Below are positions 47,828-58,159 of a stretch of 64,000 bases of DNA, piece after piece (the first letter of the stretch is position 1; every line of letters begins with the position of its first letter). A model generated the notes under the pieces. The model searched no databases and was not told the DNA's origin. It saw only the letters and a program-made list of their open reading frames with translations. The DNA is taken from NCBI GenBank assembly GCA_963675525.2, contig CAXXSL010000013.1, forward strand, positions 128,001-192,000, in the 5' to 3' direction. Origin of the DNA: Anaerohalosphaeraceae bacterium (lineage in GTDB: Bacteria > Planctomycetota > Phycisphaerae > Sedimentisphaerales > Anaerohalosphaeraceae). The position numbers were made by a program, and so were the translations under genes.

Positions 47828-49594
47828 ATGAATAAAACAGGCTGGCTTTCAATCTTTGCAATTTTGGTCGTTTTTACGGTTCAATCTCAGGCACGCAGAC
47901 CCGCTGAATCGCTTGACCGGGGGCTTGTCGCCATCGCCCAATCCGAAAACGAGGTTTATCTGGGTTGGCGTTTGCTGAAAAACGACCCGGCGAATGTCGC
48001 TTTTAATATATACCGCTCTACCGACGGTGCCGACGCCGTTAAACTGAATGAACAGCCGATTACACAAACAACCAACTTTCTCGACAAAAAAGCCCCCTTG
48101 GGTCAACCGAATGCTTGGTGGGTTTGTCCGGTCATTGGCAACACGGAACAGGCCTCTTCTGCTCGTGTCGAACTGACGACCAATCCGCCTGCCAGGCAGT
48201 ACATTTCCATACCATTTCAGGGTGGTTATGTCTGCAGCAAAGTCGCCCTTGCTGATTTGAACGGGGACGGTAAACTGGATTTTGTCATCAAGCAGCCTAA
48301 GCAGACGACAGATCCCGGGGTCTGGCGCAAAAGCACAGACACGTTCAAAGTGGAAGCCTATCTTAATGACGGCACCTTTTTATGGCAAAAAGATCTTGGC
48401 TGGAACATCGAACAAGGGGTCTGGTGGTCACCGATGGTCGCATTTGATTTTGACGGCGATGGCAAAGCCGAAGTTGCCTGCAAAACCGCACCGACCGATG
48501 TGGACTATCGCAACAAGGAAGACCATCCCTACCCGGGACGGGTGATGAGCGGGCCGGAGTATTGTTCGATACTGGACGGCATGACGGGCAAGGAACTGGA
48601 CCGTGTGGACTGGCCCGTGCGGGGCAACATCGCTGACTGGGGTGACGAAAAGAACAATCGTGCCTCCCGTCACCTGATGGGCGTAGCGTACCTGGACGGC
48701 GAGCATCCAAGCTTGCTGGTACTGCGTGGGACATATACCCTGATGCGTGTGGATGCGTATAATCTGGTCGACAGAAAACTGCAACCCGTGTGGAAATGGA
48801 ACGGTGAAGATGAATCTCCCAAAGTCCGCGGTCAGGGCATGCACGGCATGCACGCCGCTGACATCGATGATGACGGGCGCGATGAAGTCATCCTGGGTTC
48901 AGCGGTGCTGGATGATAGCGGCAAAATCTTATGGAACACAGGACTGGGCCACCCGGACGGCTGTTATGTCACGGATATTTACCCGGACCGGCCGGGCCTG
49001 GAGATCATGTACGGAATCGAACCGCGACAACAAAAAAACGCGATTTGTGTTGCTGACGCAAAAACCGGAGAAATTCTGTGGGGCCACGACAAACCCACAA
49101 CACACATTCACAGCCAGGGAATGTTCGCAAACTTTGATCCCGCCAATCCCGGGTTGGAATATTATACCGGTGAAAAAGACCGCTCACAGCATTGGATGTA
49201 CAGCGTGGACGGAAAACTGCTATCCACGGAGAATCTCGGAACTCTGAGTCCCAAAGCGCTGTATTGGCTGGATGGGTCATTGAAGGTTTACGCTGACGAC
49301 CATGGAGAGGTCAGGCTCTATAATGGCCCGAAGATTGGCAATTATGAGGGCCGGATTCTGGCAGTGGCGGATTGTCTCGGCGACTGGCGTGAGGAGTTTA
49401 TCACTTCGGTTCCCGGCGAATTGCGGATTTATACCACAACCATACCCGCCAGAGACCGGCATGTCTGCCTGATGCAGGACAACATTTACCGTCTGGATGT
49501 TGCGATGGTGTCAATGGGCTATCTTTATCCCCCGCAGCTAAGTTATTACCTGACGCAGGAGACATCTGCCGCAACCGCCTCAGGTCAGAAATAA
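47828..49594 (+). CDS. rhamnogalacturonan lyase (PL11, YesW/YesX-like)
   Basis: Signal peptide; ESLDRGLVA, YLGWRLL, DxDGDG repeats, GQGMH, GDWREE, LMQD..YR. Confidence 0.9.
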   Translation: MNKTGWLSIFAILVVFTVQSQARRPAESLDRGLVAIAQSENEVYLGWRLLKNDPANVAFNIYRSTDGADAVKLNEQPITQTTNFLDKKAPLGQPNAWWVCPVIGNTEQASSARVELTTNPPARQYISIPFQGGYVCSKVALADLNGDGKLDFVIKQPKQTTDPGVWRKSTDTFKVEAYLNDGTFLWQKDLGWNIEQGVWWSPMVAFDFDGDGKAEVACKTAPTDVDYRNKEDHPYPGRVMSGPEYCSILDGMTGKELDRVDWPVRGNIADWGDEKNNRASRHLMGVAYLDGEHPSLLVLRGTYTLMRVDAYNLVDRKLQPVWKWNGEDESPKVRGQGMHGMHAADIDDDGRDEVILGSAVLDDSGKILWNTGLGHPDGCYVTDIYPDRPGLEIMYGIEPRQQKNAICVADAKTGEILWGHDKPTTHIHSQGMFANFDPANPGLEYYTGEKDRSQHWMYSVDGKLLSTENLGTLSPKALYWLDGSLKVYADDHGEVRLYNGPKIGNYEGRILAVADCLGDWREEFITSVPGELRIYTTTIPARDRHVCLMQDNIYRLDVAMVSMGYLYPPQLSYYLTQETSAATASGQK

Positions 49595-49708
49595 TTTTAG
49601 GGACAAGAATCGCCGCGAGAACGATGAGAACTCAAAGAGGAAATCCCGGCAGAATCATCATGCCGTTAATCCTCGGCATCACCGTACCCATATATTGTAA
49701 ACGGTTTC

Positions 49709-50839
49709 TTATGTCAATCCGTCGGGGTGCTCGAGCATTTTTTTGACATAGTCGAGGAACTGTGCTGCTTCGGCGCCATTGACAATCTTGTGATCGACCG
49801 ACAGCGTCATGTTCATAACTTTTCGTACTTGCGGCCCCTTTTCTCCCGGCAGTACCACATCCTGAATGGAGCCGAGCCCCAGAATACTCGTTTGTCCCGG
49901 TACGACGATTGGAATGAACGAATCCACGCCGAATCCACCGAGATTGCTAACTGTAATGCAGCCGCCTTCCAGGTCATCCAGCATCAGCTTACCATTATTT
50001 GTCCGTTCGATCAGCTCTCTGCATGACAGACTGATCTGCTGGACAGTTTTACCGCCGCAGTCCTTGACGATAGGCGCCACCAACCCCTCATCGGTAGAAA
50101 TGGCCAGACCGATATCAATGTGATCAGCCAGACGGATAAAGTCGCCCGCCAGTTTACCGGTCATGATCGGGTAATGGGCGATGCTCAGTGCCAGTGCCCG
50201 CAGAATAATATCATTGAATGAAATGCTCTCTTTGCCGTCCCCGTTCAATTCATTGCGCAGCGAGATCGCGGCGGTCATATCCACCCGAACATTGAGATAA
50301 AAACACGGGATGTTCTGTTTGGAATAGACCATCTTCTCGGCAATCACTTTCTGTAAGTGTGTCAGAGGTATTTTCTGACCGAGTTTATACTCTGATATCC
50401 GCCGAGATTTTTTGGAATCATTATGGCGGAGGTCCGCTTCGAGGATGCGAATTGCCTCCGGCGGCGTTGTCGCAGCCAGATCAACACCCAATTCACGAGC
50501 GATTACTTGCACAGGCGACGGCGACTGTGTGATGGATTCGGAAGATGAAACTGCCGCAGTACCCTGACGCAGATGCTGAAGACATGCTGAAATATCTTCA
50601 GCCGCATGGCCCAGTATCAGCATCGGCGTATCGACAGGCACGGTGTGACCGGCTCCGACAAGAACGGCACGAACAAAACCGTTGTCGGCAGATTCAACCT
50701 CAACGGTAGCCTTATCTGTCTCGATCTCATACAGGATATCACCGGGCGCAACTTCATCGCCAATCTGCACCCGCATTCGGAGCAGAGTCGCTTCCTGCAT
50801 CGACTGGCCCAGTTTGGGAAGCCTTACTTCCTTTGCCAT
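49709..50839 (-). CDS. dihydrolipoamide acyltransferase (2-oxoacid dehydrogenase E2)
   Basis: Lipoyl motif ETDKA; catalytic SVDHKIVNG. Confidence 0.9.
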   Translation of the reverse strand: MAKEVRLPKLGQSMQEATLLRMRVQIGDEVAPGDILYEIETDKATVEVESADNGFVRAVLVGAGHTVPVDTPMLILGHAAEDISACLQHLRQGTAAVSSSESITQSPSPVQVIARELGVDLAATTPPEAIRILEADLRHNDSKKSRRISEYKLGQKIPLTHLQKVIAEKMVYSKQNIPCFYLNVRVDMTAAISLRNELNGDGKESISFNDIILRALALSIAHYPIMTGKLAGDFIRLADHIDIGLAISTDEGLVAPIVKDCGGKTVQQISLSCRELIERTNNGKLMLDDLEGGCITVSNLGGFGVDSFIPIVVPGQTSILGLGSIQDVVLPGEKGPQVRKVMNMTLSVDHKIVNGAEAAQFLDYVKKMLEHPDGLT

Positions 50840-50999
50840 TTCGTTTCCTTTCGTCCTCACTTTGCTTACGTCTGGGCTATACTGTATCGATAATCCGGCC
50901 TGAAATCAAATAAAAACATCGCTTAGTAAATGGTACTGAAAAAGGGGGGTTTACAGAAATGTCCGAAGTAAAAGATGGCAACCGCCCGGGAAGCGCTCC

Positions 51000-51329
51000 T
51001 TAGCGGCCCACCGAAACCGCCGTTTTGAGGAAGTCGATAAATCGGCTGAGCCGATTCTTGTCAAAATGTTCATACAGCAAAGCAGTGAGGTTTTGAAATT
51101 CCAGATAATAACGTAAGGCAGCCGGGTCGCACGCGAGCCATTTTTCCATTCTTAATAAGTAACGTTCCTCCAGTACCCCATCCTGTGCCTTCATGATCAT
51201 CACACCCAATCGTTCATGTTTTTTTTCTTCAGCAGTAACCGGCTCTTCCTGAGAAGTCGCTCCGGCTTGGTCGCAAAGCTCGAGCATCTCATCGATCTCA
51301 GCCTGTAATTTATTGATTTTCCGAAACAT
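51000..51329 (-). CDS. hypothetical protein resembling an anti-sigma N-terminal helix domain
   Basis: RBS AAGGA; MEKWLACDPAALRYYLEFQNLTALL. Confidence 0.55.
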   Translation of the reverse strand: MFRKINKLQAEIDEMLELCDQAGATSQEEPVTAEEKKHERLGVMIMKAQDGVLEERYLLRMEKWLACDPAALRYYLEFQNLTALLYEHFDKNRLSRFIDFLKTAVSVGR

Positions 51330-51512
51330 TTTTCAAGTCCTTGCTGCTGATTTTACTTGAATTCAACACCACCTCCTGATAAGAGGCCAAAACAACTCTT
51401 TTCTAATATCGGTTCATTTTCCCATCAACTTAAACAGTTTGTCGGCTAAGGGCCTTATCGGACAATGCCGAAATCGAAATAAAAACCCGTCTGTTGCTAT
51501 ATCCATTTATAT

Positions 51513-51557
51513 CAGGATATACTGAATGTACCGGATTTACCGGATTTACCGAATATA
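51513..51557. repeat. 5 x 9-bp imperfect tandem repeat
   Basis: CAGGATATA CTGAATGTA CCGGATTTA CCGGATTTA CCGAATATA. Confidence 0.7.
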
Positions 51558-51894
51558 TCGATCATACTCATTATAACACCTTTAACGGTCTTGAAAAGAA
51601 AGAAAATAGCTGAAATTCAGGGGTCCCCTGTTAAGTGACACCCTTTTTTTATCGATATTTTTACTGATTATATTGACGCAGGGAAACCACCTATGTTGCG
51701 CTTTTTGAAAAAATTACTGAATCCAACAGAACCCTGGAAAGGTGTTCGACGTGACCTTCGCGTCTTTCCCAGCCAGCAAAGCTGTGTTAAATCGAACATG
51801 AGCCAAGTCCGGCCGGAACAGATGCCGCCCCTGATGGTGCGCAAAGCCCCCTGGCGACGGTAACAATTGAGTTGTGCCAACATGACTCCGTATG

Positions 51895-54800
51895 TTAATC
51901 TGATCCCATCAGCCATCTTTCAGAAAAGAGCACATAATCCAGCAAATCAACTCTGCCGTCCGGTGCACCTTCGGGCGCAATATCTGCATATCGGGCGGTC
52001 CTGCTGAGCCATTGATCAGCAAATACCCCAAGGTCATCTTCACCAATAATGACTCCGGGTGTTACTGCAAGATCACATGCTTCGTCCCAGTTTGGCTGCC
52101 CTGGAATACTTAGCCAGGCATTGGCAAAGCGAACCCAATCGGTCAGATTGACCTTTCCATCACCGCCGTCGGGTGCGATATCCGCCGACAGGTCAAGCAC
52201 GTCGGCCAGCCATTCATCGGTGAGGACCATAAAGTCATTGATTTCGACACCTTCCGGGCAAACAACGTCGCCCGGCAGCATCGGTTCACATTGCAGCCGA
52301 GGGTAATTCATCCCTTCGCATCGCATATCCCAGATATTATCAAAATCCCACCCGATGGCCTGATATGTTGCGGTCATTTGCATATTTTCGGTCGATTCGG
52401 CCCCTACATCAATCAGCGTCAATCGGCTGGGATCATAAATGCCCTCCATTGCGCCGTTTACGGATTCGTCCCACAAACAACTCGTATAGGTTCCGACACT
52501 ACCGCTTGATACAAAACTCATAAGGCGTATCGCATCCGGAGGACCGATTACTTCTGTGCTCGAATAACAATTTGTCAAGTCACCACCAACGACCCGATAG
52601 CACAACCCCCCGGCATAGTCATCTGTAGTGGTAACGGTTCCTCTTGCACAGGAATTGGAAATATCGGAAAAAATGACACAATATCCCACAAGACCACCGA
52701 GGTATTCCTCGCCCATAACACTTACATCCGCAGAACAGGTATCTACATTGGACCACCAGCTGTTCATTCCGATCAGGCCGCCGACAGGAGACATATTAAA
52801 AGAAAGCAGATTCGTCTCTTTTGCTGTGCCTCCGACCGCTGTACAGTTTTCTACGGTTGCATGCCAGTAATTTTGTCCCACTAATCCACCGATCTCATTC
52901 CAGCCGGTCACATTTGTATTAATCACATGGCAATTATCGACCAAGGCTTCGGTATTGCGCCCCAGCAGAGAACCGACTCCCATGGACCATATTCCAGACA
53001 CATTCGGATCGGAGAGGAGTACATTTTTCAGCACTGCGTCCGGACCTTCCAAGCTACCCATGAATCCAACCTGTGAATGAAATCCGGTGTAACCGATCCT
53101 TATGTTTGAAAGGGAGTGTAGACCACCGTCAAAGGATCCCGTAAATATATAGGGTGCATCAGCAATCGGATAAAACACCTCATCGAGGTCAATATCCGAG
53201 ATCACCTCAAAGTAAGCCCCCATCAATCGTGGATTGTGTCCGATGCTGTTGAGCTGTGCTGCGGTTTCAATTTGATAGGGATTGCCGGCGGTCCCGTCTC
53301 CGGCTGCAAATGCAGGCAATGCCGGCGGCGTTTGCAGCTGGTACCAATGGATTGGATACCCTCCACCGGGCGGCATCGCCCAGTCGTCGCTGCCTCCATT
53401 GCTGAGTTCGCCTGCAAAGTCCCATCCGATATCTGTAAATGTGGATTGTGTCTGCATAACAGAAGTATTGGATTTGGTACCCGCAGCACTTTCGGGCTGT
53501 CCGCTGGTCGTCTCGTTCCAGAAACAGTCGAGTACGTTCTCTTGTCCGTATAACATTTGATTTTCATTCATTCCGGAAAATCCGCCGGTATTTGTGCTGC
53601 TGTGACCAGACCGGTGCTGTAACACTTAACGATGGTTGCATCTGAACTATCACCGGCAAAGCCTCCGACAGCATCGGTCCCGGAAACCGGGCCGGTCGAA
53701 TTTGAATTTTCAATAGAAGAAAAGCCCCCCATTCCGATCAAACCACCGACATCATTCGTACCGGATACGGAAGCGGAACTGCTGCATCCTGCGATACACG
53801 AGATGGTCGAACTGCCGATCAGCCCGCCGATAGAGTCATACCCGGTAATGCTCCCTCCATTAACAGCACAATCGGCAACATATCCCCACTCTACTTTACC
53901 CGCCAGAGCGCCAACGTCATCGGAACTCCCGGTGTTTTGAATATTCGCAGACTCAATGATGATGTTGCGAAGAGCCCCTTGATAAACATATCCAAATAAA
54001 CCTATATAGTCTCTCCCGGATACGCTCGAATAGCTAAATCCGCTGATATGATGATAATTCCCATCAAACGATCCGGTAAACGCCCCAAGTCCATTGGTGG
54101 TTAACCTGCTGGTGCCGATAATGTTGTATAAGGAGCCGGGATAATCAGCCAAGGAAATATCATTCATCAGCTCATAATGTTTACCCCAGCGATTATTATA
54201 CAAGCCGATCGTATTCATGTGCTCGCCGGTATTGATCTGATAAGGATCGGACCGCTCACCGCTGCCGCCACCGAATATCTGCTCATATTGAATCTCCAAC
54301 TTGGGGGCGAGATCCGGAATCCCCATATCTTTGCTCCAAAAACTCGCCCTTGCTCCGGATGGGCTGCTGATGGTTTTTGCTATCGCTATCGTCATCACAC
54401 GATCCTGGAAGGCAACATACTCATCATCAGCGTAATCGGTTACATCCCACTCCGTAAAATCAATGACCGCCGTTTGTTCTTCGATCAGGTTACGTATAGT
54501 GTCAACAGACGGCATGTCATTCCATGTGAGAGTGTCTTCTTCCCAGCTCGATGAACAGCGATACGCCCCCAATACCGGTGCAGGAATGGAGACAAATGAT
54601 CCGTCCAATTGAAGTTTAGCTGAGATAATCACCTGGCCCGGCGGGATCGATGATAAGTCAAATTTTACAAAGGAAATGTGTTCCATTGCTCCATCCATGC
54701 CAGTACTAAAACCATTGGAACTTCCGAAATTCGTATCCGGTTGGCCCTGATCGGCATAGGTATCGGCAACTGCTTCCAACGTTATTATTGAGCCGGCCCA

Positions 54801-55739
54801 TGGAGTATTGCCAAAGTCGTAGCCTGTATAGACATTATTTGGTTCAGCATTAATCACGTATTCATAGCCGTCAGCGGAACCGGGGAGGGTTTGTGTCCAT
54901 CCATCCTTCATGATTTCACGAATAACAAATGTTTTTATTTCATTTGCATCTCCCGGATTATCAAATTCGAGATTTTCAAAGAAGTACATACCGTTGGGAT
55001 CGGTCGCAACATTCGGTTCGGATACTTGATAGGCGCCGTCACCGTTTTCGTCAATGTATATTTCCCAACCCGGCAATGCCGGTTCGCCGATGTCCCAGAC
55101 ACCATCACTATCGGCATCATCAAATTTATAGCCGGAAATATCACACGTTATTTCATCGATCAGCGGCCCTGAATAAAGCTGCATGTAACAGCCCGCCCAA
55201 GGATTGCCTGTCAGATAATACCACCATGGAAATGCCAGCCAATTGTCACAGACCCAAAAACCATTGAGATTGCCAAGGCCGCCGTAAGCCAGGGCGACGC
55301 CGGTATCATCATTCTCGAATTGAAAGGAGTAGCCGAAGGCTTGATTGTTATACAACGTAAACTGTTGGCTTGGGGTAAGTTCCACCTCTTTGTAATAAAT
55401 GTAAGCATTTCCGTTCGGGGAGCCTGTCAGGCCTGATACATTGATCTGACGTATCGGGTATCCGGGTTCATAACCGGGTGTGACATAATCATAAAACCGG
55501 ATGATAATGGTTCCCGGAGCTGAGCGGGTGGTCACATAAGCAAATCGAATTTTTGTTACGTTTCCGGGTTGGGCACTTGCGAAATCACAGACTTCGTTAA
55601 AGTTGTCCCACAACGGACAATACCAGCCTCCCGTTTCATTCGAATTGTCATAAATCAGGGTATCGGCGTTGGTGCTCGCAGTGATAACAGCGCAGAAAAT
55701 TACCGCCAGCATGGCGTGTAAAATGAAACTCCTCATCAT
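51895..55739 (-). pseudogene. large secreted surface protein (SdrD B-like, DNRLRE-like, GLUG repeats, dockerin-like C-terminus) split by a frameshift near 53600
   Basis: ORFs 53568..55739 and 51895..53625 overlap; adding one G at 53600 restores the GLUG repeat CYSTGLVTGSTNTGGFSG. Confidence 0.75.
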
Positions 55740-55906
55740 TTTCTCCCTTTAAATCCTTCAGTTTTGTCTGTTCGTCAACGATATTATTTTAACGTTTTAG
55801 ACACAATTTGCATAGAAGTGTTACAAAAAAAAAACCGTTTTTTTTTCTTAAAAAACGGTTTTTTATCGGTTATTTTTGAGTCATCGCGGGGTAAAAGTGC
55901 ATTATT

Positions 55907-56617
55907 TTAGCGTTTTTTTGCCAGCCAGAGGGTAACAATACCGCCGGTTAAGGGGAGTTTTCGAACCAGCGTAAATCCGCCGGCAGACATCTCATGGGCA
56001 AAGTCCACTTCTGTATGCCAGCGATGGATGGAGTGAGCCAGATATTTCAGCGGTTGCGTGGAACCGAGTACCAACCGCCCTGCGGCGGGCATAATGTGGT
56101 TGAGGTAGAACCGAAAGACAGGGCACAGCACGGGATTGGACGGCAGCGAAAATTCCAGAATACAAAGCTTGCCGTTAGATTTCAGCAGGCGGTGCATTTC
56201 GTTCAGTGCGGCGGCACGGTCGGGGATATTGCGAATGCCAAAGGCGCAGGTGATGAAGTCGTAGCTGTTTGATTCAAGCTTTGTATCAGCCGCATCAGCA
56301 ACCTGCCAGTGGATTTTTTTGTTTCGTATCCACGGCTTTGCTGCGAGGCGCTCCTGCTTTTGGTGTGCCCGTTCAATCATTGCTTCACTGATGTCCAGCC
56401 CCGTGACATCTTTGCTATGACTGTGTTTGAGAAAGGTGAATGCCAGATCGCCGGTCCCTGTACAGACATCCAATATGCGCTGGTGAATTTTTGAGTTTAA
56501 GGTCTTGGTGATCTCCCGCCGCCATAACTGGTCAATCCCGAAACTGAACAGGTGATTGCACCGGTCGTATCGGGCAGCAATATCTTCAAAATCAAATTTT
56601 GTGTTTGGCTGATTCAT
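55907..56617 (-). CDS. menG: demethylmenaquinone methyltransferase (UbiE/MenG)
   Basis: FEDIAARYD..N..FSFG...WR, LDVCTGTGD, FGIRN, LEFS. Confidence 0.88.
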   Translation of the reverse strand: MNQPNTKFDFEDIAARYDRCNHLFSFGIDQLWRREITKTLNSKIHQRILDVCTGTGDLAFTFLKHSHSKDVTGLDISEAMIERAHQKQERLAAKPWIRNKKIHWQVADAADTKLESNSYDFITCAFGIRNIPDRAAALNEMHRLLKSNGKLCILEFSLPSNPVLCPVFRFYLNHIMPAAGRLVLGSTQPLKYLAHSIHRWHTEVDFAHEMSAGGFTLVRKLPLTGGIVTLWLAKKR

Positions 56618-57231
56618 TGTATCGGCAAGAGAATAAAAATGGTTACGTCCCAGATGGCATGACAGATGATACACGGCCAAAGGTTTTTCGTCAATGAAAA
56701 CATCGATCCCCAAAAGACGCCACACAAAGCGGATGCGGCCAGAAGCATCAAATTAAATGACCACACATGCACCAATGCATAAATCGCCGTTGCAATGACA
56801 AAACCAATCAGCATACCGCAGCGTTTCGACAAGCGTTTTTGCACAAAGCCACGCCAGAAGATTTCTTCGGCGGGGCCGATGATGAAAAATAACAGTCCTC
56901 CAATCAGCCACGGATTTTGCCCGGTGCGGATGACATAAATCGAATCGACCTGTGCCGCGGCAAACGGCAGAATGTGTGTCGAGATGAAATGGCCGACCCA
57001 AAACATGCCATATAAAACGGCGGCGGAAATGATGCCGATTGGAATGAAAATCAGTTTAAATCGATAGTTATCGGATAATTGTTTTCGGTCCAGAAGGAGG
57101 GAAGCTAATGCTAATAGCGCCGCGGTGGCAGTCATCGTGGGGAAAAAGGCGATCGCGTGTTTTGTCCACGGACTGAACATGACAAAAAAACCCGCCGCGG
57201 CAAGGAACACCATTATCCAAACCGCTCTCAC
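56614..57231 (-). CDS. CPBP family intramembrane glutamic endopeptidase (Abi/CAAX-like)
   Basis: EEIFWRG, YALVH, CHAIWD. Confidence 0.9.
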   Translation of the reverse strand: MRAVWIMVFLAAAGFFVMFSPWTKHAIAFFPTMTATAALLALASLLLDRKQLSDNYRFKLIFIPIGIISAAVLYGMFWVGHFISTHILPFAAAQVDSIYVIRTGQNPWLIGGLLFFIIGPAEEIFWRGFVQKRLSKRCGMLIGFVIATAIYALVHVWSFNLMLLAASALCGVFWGSMFSLTKNLWPCIICHAIWDVTIFILLPIQ

Positions 57232-58157
57232 AAAAACGCCCCCAAAAGAATCGAAACCATCAACAGAATCCCGAACGGCAAATGCAGTTGAGCCGTCTGT
57301 ACATCCAGCATGGCAATATCCTGCGGCTGGTCCGTTTGGCTTTTCAGTGCGGTCCTGATGTTTTTAACCGCCGGCGGAATTGTCAACAACGTCAGCAGTG
57401 ACCACAACGGAAGAACACCGAACACGATCATACCCAGTGTCACAACATAGGCACTAACAACCAATCCGCTGTATTCTATACGTGCCCAGCGGTGCCCCAG
57501 AACCGTAGCGGTACTGTTAATGCCCGCCTGAGTATCATGCAGGATGTCACGAAGGTTGTTGCCGGAAAGGATCGCCGCAACCAGAAACCCGATCGGCAAT
57601 GAAATCAGCAGAACCTCGGTTTGCCAAGAACCGGTCAGTACATAAAAGCTGCCGATGACCATCAGCGGACCCATCAGCATAAAAACGCACAAGTCGCCAA
57701 GGCCAAGATATTTGTAACCAACCGGAGTCGCTGTGTAAAAAAAGCCGCCCAAGATACCAACCGCCCCCAATAACAGGATCGGCCATCCGTAAACGGCAAT
57801 AAAAATCAACCCGATACCGGCGCTGACAGCGAAAAGCACCAGGCCGCCCGCAAACACCTGTTTAGGCCTAAGCAAATTCTCGACGAGTACTCGACTGCCG
57901 CCGTGTGTATCGGGACGATCAACGCCTTTTTGATAATCAAAATACTCGCTGACCATATTGGTCGCTGCATGCATCAACAACGAAGCGATCGCAATCAGCG
58001 GCAGCAGTTCCCACCGCGCCGGCTGCTGAAAATACGGCACCACAGCTGCGCCCAGGAAAACCGGCGTCATGGAAGCCGTAAACGAGAACGGACGGGCCGC
58101 CTGGATCCAAGCGCGTAATGAACGGTGTGATGTATTCATGCTTAGCTCCGCTGTCAT
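57228..58157 (-). CDS. menA: 1,4-dihydroxy-2-naphthoate polyprenyltransferase
   Basis: WIQAARP, EYFDYQKGVD, YKYLGLGD, NNLRD..D...G. Confidence 0.9.
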   Translation of the reverse strand: MTAELSMNTSHRSLRAWIQAARPFSFTASMTPVFLGAAVVPYFQQPARWELLPLIAIASLLMHAATNMVSEYFDYQKGVDRPDTHGGSRVLVENLLRPKQVFAGGLVLFAVSAGIGLIFIAVYGWPILLLGAVGILGGFFYTATPVGYKYLGLGDLCVFMLMGPLMVIGSFYVLTGSWQTEVLLISLPIGFLVAAILSGNNLRDILHDTQAGINSTATVLGHRWARIEYSGLVVSAYVVTLGMIVFGVLPLWSLLTLLTIPPAVKNIRTALKSQTDQPQDIAMLDVQTAQLHLPFGILLMVSILLGAFL

Positions 58158-58159
58158 AA

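Noticed and set aside
51700..51890. c-di-GMP riboswitch or other ncRNA (GCAAAGCC motif)
   Set aside because: The GEMM stems could not be built and there is no downstream gene on that strand.
53568..53625. programmed frameshift or phase variation
   Set aside because: No slippery heptamer or homopolymer at the break.
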